DNA of 64,000 nucleotides from Octopus sinensis. Taxonomy: Eukaryota. The translations under genes and the position numbers were made by a program. Location: positions 26,040,001-26,104,000 of the forward strand of contig NC_043013.1 of the NCBI RefSeq assembly GCF_006345805.1, written 5' to 3'. Below the pieces are notes generated by a model that made no database searches, had not been told where the DNA came from, and was given only the letters and a program-made list of their open reading frames with translations. Below, piece after piece: positions 1 through 13,633 of this stretch. The first letter of the stretch is position 1, and each line of letters begins with the position of its first letter.

Positions 1-987
1 GAAGTTTCTAGATGTCTAGCATTCCATTAGTAAAAACAGCTTGCTAACCCCGCTCTTTGCTTCTTAGTCGATTAGACTTAGAGCCATTCACGTCATTGCC
101 ATGTTTGTCTATTTCTCTACACCACATGACTGAAAGCTACCACTTAGCTGTTATTTCTATATTTCCTGTCTCTGAAGTTTCTTGCATAGATTACTTCATT
201 CAATTAGATTCTACATTTTGATTCTATGTGTCATCATCGACCAGTAAATAAAATATATTATTATGTAGTAAATATTATAAGTTTTGAATTTATTCTTCTT
301 CTCTGTAAGAATTCTTCTAATAATATACACACAGCCACATCAACACCTTGTACTGACTATATATTTTCACTGCAGACTAACTACCATAAGGGTCCTACTC
401 ATTATAAAATCTTGATAAAGTAACCTGCTGGCTAACGGAAGATTAATTCTGAAAGACATTATCTTAGATATGGCGCATTATGTTTGCATGCCCTCTCTCA
501 CCATGACTTCCCCTTGAAGTAAATATAAACAAGACGCCCCACCCCTCATGGCATAACATGTTGGAACAAATAAATGGAAGGTGAATTGACCTATATTGAC
601 AGAAGTCTTAGTAACCAACAACAACCTCTGGAGTCCCAGGAACCCCAAATCCCTTTCACTATCAATCAATCACTTCTCACTCGTAACTTTTGTCATTTCT
701 CTATTACTTGCTTTAGTCATTGAACTGTGGCCATGCTGGGGCACCACCTTGAAGGGTTTTAGTCAAACAAGTCGACTCCAGTGTTGGTCTTTTTTGTCAA
801 ACTGCTAAGTTACAGGGACGTAAATAAACCAACACCAGCTGTCAAGTGGGGGTGGGGGGTGATGGTGGTAGTGAATGACTAATACAGACAAAGACACACA
901 CACAGACAAATCTTACAAATATGAAAAGCCACTTTTATACTGGCAATGCCCCAGCATGGCCACAGCCTAAGGGCCAGACTTATAAAA

Positions 988-1021
<34 letters not shown>

Positions 1022-1808
1022 TGTGTATATACACACACAGACACACAAATATATATATATATATACACACACATACATACATACATACATATATGTGTAT
1101 GTGTACATACACACACACACATACATTTGATGGGATTCTATACAGTTTCCATCTGCCAGATTCACTCACAAGGCATTTGTTAGTCTGGAGCTGCAGTAGA
1201 AAATACTTGTCCAAAGTTCCAGATAGTGGAACTGAACGTGGGGCCACATGAATACAAAGCAAGTTTCCTAACCACACAGCTATGTCTACTCCTGCATGCT
1301 GTTGCTAAAAGCCTTTCAGTAATGCTTTAAACCAAAAGTGACACTATGGAACATTTGAATGGATGGATCCTATTTGGCAAAACCTGCAGCCCTCCTTCAA
1401 GTGTTTCTTGCAGCTATATTGTGCCTAGGGTGAGGTTAACAAACCAACTTTACAACCACATGGTTTTCAGTTCAGTCCCTCTGCATGGTACCTTGAGTAA
1501 AAAATGTCTTCTGCATTAGGACAATTCCCCCAACGACAACTACCCCTCTCCAATATATTACAATATTTAAAATCATTATCTGTTGACCTCAGGGGTAATT
1601 GTCTATGAGAGGTAAATGTCCTTGACTCATATATATAATATATATATATCATTATATATAATTTATATTTATCATTCACTATTAATATTCTTACTCCTTC
1701 TGTATCATATAATGTTTTTTTAAACAATATTAATAGTGTTCAGTCAATCGTTATACAAATCCATCATTTTTTTGCTAAAATGTCTTATTGATGAGTTTCG
1801 TTTTTTTC

Positions 1809-1892
1809 ACTCTCCCGAAGAGAAGATTGCATTGTTTATACCATTTATTCTTTTGAATAGTATCAGTGGAATTTTCGAAACGTGTTGAAAGT
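1809..1892 (+). ncRNA. type I hammerhead ribozyme relic (Penelope-type), U4C core mutation
   Basis: Stem I actctc/gaaagt (5 of 6 pairs), core C-C-GAAGA, 7-bp stem II GAAGATT/AATTTTC, GAAAC, near-palindromic stem III ACGTGT, and U at position 17. Confidence 0.6.
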
Positions 1893-1926
1893 AAAAATAT
1901 TTGATTTACACCTGCGTTAAACTCCA

Positions 1927-1972
<46 letters not shown>

Positions 1973-1994
1973 CATACATACATACATATATATA

Positions 1995-2293
1995 TTGTAT
2001 TTTGGGACGGTCATTTTTTTTTTTGCCAGATAAACACACACACTAAATAATTTTTCTTCACTCATTTATTACTGTTCTTATTTTATTATTTCAACTCATA
2101 TTCATTGTTAAGAACACATACGAATATGAAAAATATCACTGAAGAGGTTACAGATGTGTGGCGAAAGATATTTGGACAATGGACATGAGTTAAAATAATA
2201 AAATAAGAACAGTAATAAGTGAGCGAAGAAAAAATATATAGTCCGTGTGTCTATTTGGCATAAAAAAGAAAAAATGACCATCCCAAAATACAA
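1995..2293. mobile_element. foldback element with about 115-bp imperfect inverted arms
   Basis: ttgtattttgggacggtcatt... versus ...aatgaccatcccaaaatacaa. The arms are about 1995-2110 and 2175-2293. Confidence 0.75.
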
Positions 2294-2437
2294 CAATATC
2301 TGTTTCAATACACAAGTCCACATCAGAAATCTTGCAAAATATATTGATAACCATATATATATATATATATAAATAGATGAGTGTATTTTTACCTTGTTAA
2401 CAATTAACAAGGAAAAAAAAAATATATATATATATAT

Positions 2438-3190
2438 CAGTGTGCACACATGACAGTGTAAGCTCCCTGAGAGAAATATTGGACATAAGAAGCATCAGAT
2501 GTGGCATGCAAGAGAAACGTTTGCGCTGGTATGGCCATGTACCATGGATGGATGAGGAGAGCTGTGGGAAGAATGACACGCCCAAACAGTTGAAGGAATC
2601 TAGGGTGGAGGTAGAGCCAAGAAGACAAGGAATGAGGTGGTGAAGCATGACCTTCAAACGTTGGGCCTCACAGAGGCAATGACGAAAGACTGAGACCTCT
2701 AGAGATATGGTGTGACTGCGAAGATCCAGCAAATAAAGTGAGTTCACAGCTGTAACTTACACTAGTGTCGCATAACCAGCCCCAGCCCACTCAAAAGTAC
2801 CTTGGATCATAGGACGACATGCTGTGCTTGAGGAAACCTATTGAGTCAGGTACATCAAAATCAAAATCAAATGGAAATTGTAGTTGTGATCCTCATGCAG
2901 GTGGCATATAAAAAGCCAATACCAGTGCCACCTTGACTGGCTTCCATGCCAGTGGCACCTAAAAAGCACCAACCAATCATGGTCATTGCCAGCCACTTCT
3001 GACTCATGCCGGTGGTGTGTAAAAAGCACCCACTACACTTTTGGAGTGGTTGACGTTAGGAAGGGTATCCAACTGTAGAAACAATGCCAGATCAGACTGG
3101 AGCATGGTGCAGCCTCCTGACTTCCCAGACTGCAGTCGAACCGTCCAACCCATACCAGCATGGAAAACGGACGTTAAATGATGATGATGA

Positions 3191-3193
<3 letters not shown>
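2438..3193 (+). mobile_element. RTE-clade LINE, 5'-truncated 3' end
   Basis: Remnant IRSIRCGMQEKRLRWYGHV, then a modular 3' UTR and a (GAT)n tail. Confidence 0.85.
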
Positions 3194-3253
<60 letters not shown>

Positions 3254-3473
3254 GCATATATACATACGTATATGTACATACTTACATCTATACGTATATA
3301 TGTATGCATATGTGGGCACAGGATGTCATGAAACAAGTACAACAAAAAATACGAAGTACAAGGACATGGAATATGAACTATTTTTTCAAACAACAAAAAA
3401 CACAAATGGAAAACAAGACAAACAACATAAAGAACGACCCTTCATCAGTTGTTGGTTATATATATATATATAC

Positions 3474-3510
<37 letters not shown>

Positions 3511-3539
3511 CATATATGTATAACATATATTTATAAATA

Positions 3540-4038
3540 TACTAGCAGCTAAGCCCAGTTTCACCCGGTCGGTTTGGATGATGTGGCTGTGTAAGCATAA
3601 GCATTTGACTTTTTTGGGCACGCTTACATTAAAAAACAATTTTAGAATGACCTTTTATGGTCAAACACAAAAAATAACTGACAAACAAAAAAAAACAACC
3701 AAGATTCAACCAAATATAAACATAAACCCAAATAGTAAACGAACAAAAATGCAAAACATAAAGATGCAAAACAACAAAAACAAACTTAAAAATAAAACAA
3801 AAATTAAAAGAAATGAAAATTAGGTAAAAAATCTTTTAAATTTTCAAAGGTCAAAAAACAACAAAAAATAATAACTGAAAAACATTAAATACCTCAACTT
3901 CACTGTGAAATATTACACAAAATTTAAAAACCAAAAGGGAAAAAACCCATCTGAAACTGAAAACACAAATAACTGAAACACTACAAAGAAAGACTTCACA
4001 AAAAATCCTACTTCCATTGCGCATGCACATGCACACAC

Positions 4039-4076
<38 letters not shown>

Positions 4077-4140
4077 CACACACACACACATTCACATACC
4101 CCTCCCCCTTTTACATATACACACATATATTTATACAGAG
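3540..4140 (+). mobile_element. putative non-autonomous Helitron-type element
   Basis: Starts TACTAGCAGCTAAGCCC...CACCCGG, resembling ACTAG...CCCGG Helitron-derived ends, and has an internal (CA)n. No clear 3' hairpin was verified. Confidence 0.3.
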
Positions 4141-4440
4141 TTGAAACACTGTTTGATTTATTTTTTCAGCGTACTATTTTCGTCATCCCATTACCAAGTA
4201 TGACACCCCCCCTTCCTTCCTTATTTATATATCACCCCTTCCTTTCTCATTCATTCACAAGAGTATTATTATAGTAGATTATCTCAGTAACCATGGGTGC
4301 TATGAAAAATATAGAAATCCCAGTAACATCACTGGATCATTCTACACATCTGTGTAATTTTTTGCGCAATTCCACCCAGCCATTTGACCGTGAATCCCAA
4401 GACAAGAAAGAATTGCCTATGTTAAATTTATATGTGTGTG

Positions 4441-4569
<129 letters not shown>

Positions 4570-6113
4570 ACATAATAATATATTTATATATCACATAAAT
4601 ATATATATAACATAAATATATATATATGACATAAATGTATATATATATATATATATATAACATAAATATATATGTGTTATACATATGCATAATTATGTAT
4701 GTAAAATATATATATATAGTGTATGTGTGTGTGTGTGTGTTTGTGTGTGTATGTGTCTATGTGTTTGCATGTGTGTTTGTGCATGTGCATTCATGCCTGT
4801 GTGCACATGTGCAGTTGCTGATGATGAAACCCTGATCAGTGAGTGAGAGGCAAAGAAAGTTGGTGGTGGTGGTGGTGGTGGTGGTGAGGGTTATACAAAG
4901 GAGTTACACATATTGAATTGTCCACAACGATTAGATGTGACAGAGTCAGACAACAACACAACAACAACAACAACAACAAGAGGCAGGAATTAAAGAAAAG
5001 TGGAGAGAAACTCCTTACGCACCCCCCTCCCCAGCCCATGATACTTGTGTCATTGTTAGTTCTTCCTGTAGTCATGACAACAGCATCACCACGTCATCTA
5101 ATTGGTATAATGACATTCTGTTTCGATTCCTCTCTCAGTCAATAGTTCAGGATTGATTTCTTACTAAGGCTCAAGAAAATGATGCTTTGACTGAGGGCGG
5201 GGGTGGGGGTGGGGGTCAATTAAATTCTTGCTCGTACTCAGTACATTCGTACTTTACTGAGCCGAGTACTTGATGGCCTTTCATTGTCATAAATTTTTTA
5301 ATATTTTGCCTTTTACTAAGTGCCCATACTGGGGCTCCACTTTGAAGTATTTCTTTTAGTCAAATGAATCGACCCCAGTACTAATTTTTTTTTTCCTTTT
5401 TTAAGCCTAGTACTTTATTTTATTGGTCTCTTTTGCCAAACTGCTAAGTTATGGAGATGTAAACATACCAGCACCAGCAGTCAAGCAGTGATGGGTGACA
5501 CACACAAACACACACTCATATATGTGTGTGTGTATATGTACATATATATCACACAAATGGCACCTGTGCCAGTAGGACATAAAAGCATCCATTACACTCT
5601 CAGAGTCGTTGGCATTAGGAAGGGCATCCAGCTGTAGAAAACCATGCCAAATCAGATTGGAGTCTGGTGCGGCCTTCCAGCATACCAGTACGGTTAAACT
5701 GTCCAACCTATGCCAGCATGGACAATGGACGTTAAATGATGATGATGATGATATATATGTAATATATACATACACCAAATCCACTCACAATTCTTTGGTG
5801 AGCCTGGTGCTATAGTAGAATACACTCACCAAAGGGGACACACCATGGGATTGAACAGGGGACCATGTGGTTTAGAAAGAAAGCCTTGCTCCTATACTCT
5901 CTTTTACTCTTTTACTTCTTTCAGTCATTTGACTGCGACCATGCTGGAGCACCGCCTTTTTTTGAGCAAATCGGCCCCAGGACTTATTCTTTGGAAGCAT
6001 GGTACTTATTCTATCGGTCTCTTTTGCCGAACTGCTAAGTTATGGGGACATAAACACACCACCATCGGTTGTCAAGCGATGTTCGGGGGACAAACACGAA
6101 CACACAGACATAT

Positions 6114-6182
<69 letters not shown>

Positions 6183-6675
6183 CATATATATGACAGGCTT
6201 CTTTCAGTTTCCATCTACCAAATCCACTCACAAGGCTTTGGTCAGCCCGATGCTATAGCAGAAGACACTTTCCCAGGGTGCCATGCAGTGGGAATGAACC
6301 TGGAACCATGTGGTTGGTAAGCAACCTACTTACCACAAAGCCACTCCTGCGTCTACAGTTTTGTACGAGTTTACTATTGCATGAACTCAGTTACTTTGGT
6401 AATCAGAGAAAGAAGAAAACATTGTGCAGGAGACTTTGGGGGAAGCAAGGAAGAAATATTCAGCGATCTCTTTCTCTGGAAATGCATGCAGGGACATGGA
6501 GGAATCAGCAGACTGAGAAGAGCATGCATTGATGAACATGTGGAAGATAATAGATGTCAGGCTAAGGACAAAGAAATTTGTATGGAGGATCAGGACATCT
6601 GGTGTGGAAGAGTTGCATTGGTCTGGAGAAGTTAGTTGCTAAAACCATATGGATAGATAGACAGACAGACAGACA

Positions 6676-6735
<60 letters not shown>

Positions 6736-6908
6736 AGATAGATAGATAGACGGGCAAACGGACAGACAGACAGACATATAGAGAGATAGATACATAGAGA
6801 TAGATAAATAGATAGGGAGAGATAGATAGATAGAAATTATCGATCTATTAAAAATGATCTATTTCATAATAATATGCTTATTTTTTTATTTATTTATTAT
6901 TATTATTA

Positions 6909-6955
<47 letters not shown>

Positions 6956-6972
6956 CATTATTATTATTATTA

Positions 6973-7005
<33 letters not shown>

Positions 7006-7856
7006 CTTTCAATGTTATTTCTGAGAGTGTTGACTGAAAGAAATCATTGAAGCGTCGAAAGCATTCATGCGTAAATTCAAGTTGTTGGACAGTTGCACTC
7101 CAAGGGAGATCACTGCGTTATGACCTTTAAAATAGTCCGTAGATTGTGATCCCAACCTGCAAATATGATTGGGAGGGAAGATAAACGTTTTTATTTGCAC
7201 TGTACCGTTACGAGGGATAAGTAATGTCGCGCGCGCGTGCGTGTTAGTAGCTGCACTGTTATCCTCTTAGCTATCAAAATGAAGAAATAAAAAAATATAA
7301 CAGAAAAGTATAGATCAGGGTTGTAAGCAATGGGAACACAGCAAATTTTCGGAGTGTTTCATTAACTTCCCATGCAGAATGATCGCTATTCGGTCATTTG
7401 GTCTTCCAGAAAGAGGAACCAAATTTCCTTCACATCAGAGTCTTGAAGAGACAAAAAAAAAAAAAAAAAAGAGAGACATGAGACACGGGGTCGTCGATCT
7501 TGGCTAACTTGTTACTAAGCAACAATTTATCAGAATATAGATTGTAGAGTGAGAAATGATCAACCAATCCAGTTTGTTGCATTAAGACAATTGAAAATAC
7601 ATCATATGTTGCATTTATTGTTATTTTGCTGAGTAATTTCACCGAGGTGCAGCAGTGGATGTGTGGTAAGTAGCTTGCGGGTTCAGTTCCACTGCATGGC
7701 ACCTTGTACCCAAATTTGAAACCAATATTTATTTTTAATTGTTTTTCTATTTCTTTTAAATTCTTATCAATCTTTAATAAAACACAATGCCCACTCTCTC
7801 ATGTGTTGTTAATATTTCATCTTTTGTGTATTTTTTATTTTCTTTCTATTCTAAAG

Positions 7857-8098
7857 CTGGAACGTCTCAAAGACCCATTAGTTTGGCTTGATGCTGCTGC
7901 TCAAATATTTTACTCTTTTGGTTTGGCTTTCGGTGGATTAATTGCCTTTGCCAGTTATAATAAACCAACCAATAACTGCCAGAATGATGCCATTCTTGTC
8001 TCCATATGCAACTGGTTGACTGCCATCTATGCGTGCCTCGTGATCTTCTCAATTCTTGGTTATAAAGCCACCCTAATGTTTGAACACTGTCTGTCAAA
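7857..8098 (+). CDS. SLC6 transporter (B0AT/SIT1/NTT4-like), internal exon encoding TM6-TM7
   Basis: Polypyrimidine tract plus ctaaAG acceptor and GTAAGT donor. Translates [71 protein letters not shown]..., the hallmark SLC6 TM6/TM7. 242 nt, phase 0 to 2. Confidence 0.95.
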
Positions 8099-8761
8099 GT
8101 AAGTCCTTATTCTAACTTTGGATTTCCTCATTGTGCTCAAAATCTAAATAACCATTATGTTCACCATCATCGTCATTATCATCTTCATCGTCGTCATCGT
8201 CATCACCACCATTTACCATCCACTTTTCCATGTTTGCATGGGTCAGACAGAATTTGTTGAGACTCATTTTTTCACAGCTGGGTGCTCTTCTTGTCACTGA
8301 CCCTCACCTGTTTCCAAGGTGACACTCATTTGTAACCATCACATGAAGTCAAGGCAAAGAGATAGTAAACACTTACACATACACACACACAAACCCAAGC
8401 ACAGACATGCACACGCTCACAGCCATATAGACATTATCAAACTCACATATTTAACTTATGTTTGTGCCAAATGGCTGTGATCTGATGTGGTGGAGATAAC
8501 TCTCCCCAAAACAAAACCAGGGATTTGGGGAAAGTTGTCTGGCCTGTCTATGACTTTCAGGCTTTGAGGGAGTCATCTCCACCATGCCAGCCACAGCCAG
8601 CCAGCAAACAAACAAAGCACATACATTGAGTTTGGTTGATAATGTCTACGACACTGGTGCTGATTCTAATTCATATTTCTATGTATGTGTGTGTGTGTGT
8701 GTGTGTGAAGTGCAATAGAAAGAAAGAATGAATAGGCAAACAAATTGCTATCATCTTAGAG

Positions 8762-8949
8762 CAAGGGTCTCCAAGGTCGTCAATATCGATCCCCTGGGGG
8801 TTGATGGAACAATTCAAGAGGTCGATAATGCCAGGAAAGTGCACATCTACTTAATTATTATTATTATTTTCCTGTACATACCTGGGGTCGATGAGGGGGT
8901 CAAAGATTCCTTGAAGGGGTCGATGGTCTAAAAAATTTGGGGACCTCTG
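8762..8949. mobile_element. hAT (Charlie-like) MITE
   Basis: TIR CAAGGGTCTCCAA / TTGGGGACCTCTG. 8-bp TSD tcttagag/gcttagag. Confidence 0.75.
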
Positions 8950-11521
8950 GCTTAGAGCATGGAATTTATATACCCAAACATAGATGTAGAGTTGTTAGAA
9001 CTGAATTAAGTGTATTGTAAAAAATAAGGGAGGAAGGTTTGCAGATGGCCTCTTACCGTTTCCCAAATAGATGCACACATGGTGCATTTCTCAGCTGATG
9101 AAGATAAGCTCTCCATATATTAAGGGACTATTCCATCTTCAGAGAAGAAGGAATTGAGGGAGACCCTTAGCAGATTTATAGTAGAGGATATTTTGCAGAT
9201 AAATATACATATAATCTTTTCTACTTTAGGTACAAGGCCCGAAATTTTGGGGAAGGGGCAGTCAATTAGATCGACCACAGTATGCAGCTGGTACTTAATT
9301 TATTGATCCCAAAAGCATGAAAGGCAAAGTCAACTTCGGTGGAATTTGAACTTAGTGGTATTTTGTCTGTCTTTACTTTCTAAGTGTTTTGCCCGGTGCG
9401 CTAATGATTTTGCCAGCCTTAGATAGATATATATATTGGTGGTGGTGACGGTAGTGGTGGTCACACTGACAATGACAATGATGACAAAAGCTGCCTGCTT
9501 CAGGTTTTTTTTTTTTTATAAATAGACTGCTTTTATCGATTTATTATTTTGCCATGAAATGTCTGGATTTCACCTGTCACATGTCAGAATCAGTAGAGCA
9601 TCAAAAGAAATGCCTTGTAGTATTTCTTCCTGCTTGCTATGTTCTGAGTTCAAATCCCATCAAAGTCAGCTTTCATCCTTCCAGGGTCAATGAAATATAG
9701 TACCAGTCATTTACTGGGGTGTTGATGGTATCAACTTTCCTTTCCCCTTAAAATTGCTGCCCTTGTGCTGAACCTAGAACTGTTATGAGTTGAAATGGCA
9801 GAATGGTTCCATTCAAAGTGATTTGAGGTTTGAAATTTCTGAGAACTTTGGTTGCAAGGATTGTACCTTGAGAAAGTTTGCTAAAGCCATTTCTTTTCCA
9901 TTTAGAATATGGTTCCACATTGAAGACACTGCTGCACTGGAACTAACTACTTGCAGCAGTTTTATTTCATTTGCCATTTAATAAAACATCTGTGCTGGCA
10001 CTTTGTGAAAAGCACCCAGTACTATTTGTAGAGTGGTTGGCATTAGGAAGGGCATCGTCATCATCATTATCATCGTCGTTTAACATCCGCTTTCCATTCT
10101 GGCATGGGTTGGACAGTTTGACTGGGGGCTGGTGAGCCAGAAGGCTCCAATCCAATCTGGTAGTGTTTCTACAGCTGGATGCCCTACCTAACACCAACCA
10201 CTCTGAGTGTGTAGTGGGTGCTTTTTATGTGCCACCAGCATGGGGGCCAGTCTGGTGGCCCTGGCAACAACCATGCTTGAATGATCTTTTTACATGCCAT
10301 CGGCATGGGACCAGTCAGCCAGCACTGGTATCAACCATGCTCAAATGGTGCTTTTAATGTGTCACTGGCACAAGGGCTAGTCAGCTAATACTGGTATCAA
10401 CCATGCTAGAAACTATACCAAAGCAGACAAATGGAACCTGGTGCAGCTGTCCAGCCATGCCATCTCCTCTTAAACTGTCCAACCTATAACAGCATGGAAA
10501 ACAGATGTTAAATGATAATGGTGATTTTTATCCTCCCCACCTCTTCTTGGGGAGGAAAGAAATGAACTTTACTTCTTTGGGAGAATCGATTATTGTGTAA
10601 TGTTTAACTCTTTTTGCATTCATATTTCTCTACCAAATATATTGCTTATTCATTCACTTTTTTTAATATAATAATCATGAATTATCTCATAGCTTCAAGA
10701 TTTCAATGCTGTGATTGTTTATTTTTTTTAATGACATTGTTGGATGGGTGCGAGAGGTCAGATCTGGCCAGTTTGAACATAAAACAGGTAGAATAATTGA
10801 GCTGGCTAGAGGATTAAGAGGACATTCGTATTTGACAGATGCTCAAGCTAATCCATTCTACTCGAGCCACAAGGTGTGGAATTTTGGAGGAGTGGGGGTA
10901 AATCAATTACATCGACCCCAGTATGCGACTGTTATTTATTTCAAAAAACCCCAGAAGGATGAAAGGCAAAGTTGACCTTGGTGGCATTTGAACTCAGAAC
11001 ACAAAGACGGACAAAACGCTGCTAAGCTTTATGTCCAGCATGCAAATGATTCTGTCAGTTCGCAGCCTTATAAATGCTGAAGATAATGGAAACAGATTTT
11101 TTTTTCCCTTTTTTTGCTAATTTTTCAAAGCCAACAGAATGGTATTCACTTGATCAACCAGACTCTCTGATGTTGTTATACCTTGCTGGTCACAATGTGC
11201 TTTGCATTGTTTTTTTAGCTTTTGAATGATGCCAACCCAACTGGGTGGGGTGAACAGGTCGGCATTTTCCCTGGTCAGAAGGCTACTCTGTCGTAGAGTT
11301 ACCCATTTACGGCTGAGTGGACTGCAGCAACATGAAATTAAGTATTTTGCTCAAGAACGCAACTCACCATCTGGTCTGGGAATTGAACTCTCGATTTACT
11401 GATCACAAGTGCAACACCCTATCATTAGGCTACGTTGCATTCACAGAATTGTATTATGATGATATATTGGGGCCTTGTTAGTGGATTTGGTGGATGGAAA
11501 CTGAAAAGAGGCCCATTGTAC

Positions 11522-11586
<65 letters not shown>

Positions 11587-12439
11587 TGTGTGTGTGTATA
11601 GCTCCTGTGCTAGTGGTACGTATAATGCACGATTCAAGCATAGTCAATGCAGAGTTGTTGGCATTAGGAAGGGCATCCAGCTGTAGAAACTTTGCTAGAT
11701 CAGATTGGAGCCAGGTGCAGCCTCCTGGCTTTCCAGACCTCAGTCAAATCGTCCAACCCATGCCAGCATGGAAAGCGGATGTTAAACGATGATGATGATG
11801 ATGATGATGATGACAATGACGATGACAACGATGATTGGTAAAATCACAAAAGCATTTGACAAACTGTTTTGAAGCTTTAGTTCTGGTTCTTCTTGTTTAT
11901 CATCATCATCATCATCATTTTCATCATCGTTTAACATCTGCTTTCCATGCTGGCATAGGTTGGATGGTTTGACCGATGACTATCAAGCCAGGAAGCTGCA
12001 CCAGGCTCCAATCTGATCAGGCAAGGTTTCTACAGCTGGATGCCCTTTGTAATGCCAACCGCTCTGAGAGTGTAGTAGGTGCTTTTTCATGTGCTACCAG
12101 CATGAGAGCCAGTCAGGTGGTACTGGCATCAGCTACACTTGAATGGTGCTTTTTATGTGCCACCAGCACAGGTACCAGTCAGGTGGTACTGGCATCAGCC
12201 ACAACAAAGATTTCACTTGACTCAACAGATCTTCCCAATTCATCTGCAATTAATGTTACCTTTCATCCTTCCAAAGTTAATAAAATAAAATACCAGCCCA
12301 ATGAGGTTGGGGTGGGGCGGGGGGTCATATACTCGATTTTTCTTTTCCCACTAAATTTGTAACTTTGTGCCTTTGTAAGAAATCAGTGTTAATTTTTCAA
12401 ATTCCATTTAATACTTTTTTTTTTCTTCTCTAATTTCAG

Positions 12440-12590
12440 TAATGCAATTAAAATCACAAAATATTTTCCTCACATAAATATGACGGAATATGCTGATCAA
12501 GCAGTTGACTACACAACTATTGGAATACCCAGTGACAAATTGAAAGATTTGGCTCTCGTCAAATGTGACTTACAAGAAGATTTGAACAAA
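12440..12590 (+). CDS. SLC6 transporter exon encoding the long extracellular loop 4
   Basis: tttcAG acceptor and GTAAGT donor, 151 nt. The phase fits the previous exon (AA+T=Asn). Open frame NAIKITKYFPHINMTEY...LVKCDLQEDLNK contains an N-M-T sequon and the C-D-L-x-x-(D/E)-L motif that precedes A(A/S)xGTGLAF in this clade. Not in the ORF track. Confidence 0.88.
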
Positions 12591-13633
12591 GTAAGTCTGA
12601 AGTTTTAAATTTTGTTTGTTTATTGATTTGGTCAGAAGAAACAGGGGCAGCACTTATCAACTTTTTCTAGGCCTCCAATACTGGTAGGAGAAAGGGACCT
12701 ATGAGCTGGCCCAAATGCTTATAATATAGTGGTCCCTGCTTAAAGCTGCATGTGAAGGTATGTGCCTAGTGGTTAGGGTGTTTCTCTCAAAACCACTAAA
12801 TCATGGGTCTGATTCCTGGCACATTGTGTTCTTGATTAAAATATTCCATTTCACATTGATCTGTGGGTGGCAGAGTGGCAGAATTATTAGCATGTTGGCA
12901 GAGATGCTTTATGGTTCTCTACATTCTGAGTTCAAATCCCACCTGCCTGAAGAAAACAGTGGGAAACCACCCCAGTGTTTGTCCCAGGTCAAGTCATGGT
13001 AGCCAAGGTTGCAGTAATCTACTTAATGGCAGCAGGAGAGGGTATGGGTCCTCTCAGGTCATGTAGAGAGCACTGTAGAAGGTCCATATGCACAGGGCTT
13101 GTTCTAGGGCAGACCACCACAAGACTAGGTTTAAAGCACCAAGGGCCAGGCATTGTGGTAAGAGGGCTGACAGACCAAGTCTATCACAGTGTTAAAAATA
13201 AAAAGGAAATGGCTGCAACCATATGGTGGCAAAGCTAACCCCTCACCCTCACAACTATACATAATCCTATAAGATGAAAATTATTTGTAATATTTATCGA
13301 AATAAAGCAGGGAGCTGGCAGAATCATTAGTATGCTGGGCAAAATGCTTAGCGGTGTTTCCTCTACCTTTACATTCTGAGTTTAAATTCCACTGTGGTCA
13401 ACTTTGCTTTTCATCCTTTTGGGTTTGATAAAATAAGTATTCATAGGACACTGGGGTCGATGTAATTGACTTGCACTCCCTGCCTCCAAATTGCTGGCCT
13501 TGAGCCAAAATTTGAAATCAATATTCAGCCTAAATTATTAGTTATAATTTAAGGGTCTTTTCTATTTTATTTGAATATATTTATTTGTCATTTTTTTCTC
13601 TGGTTGGATGTTCTTACAATCATCACATTTGTT

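Noticed and set aside
9090-9110. CTGATGA as a hammerhead core (also about 4816, 45509 and 52667)
   Set aside because: There is no properly placed GAAA or supporting stems.
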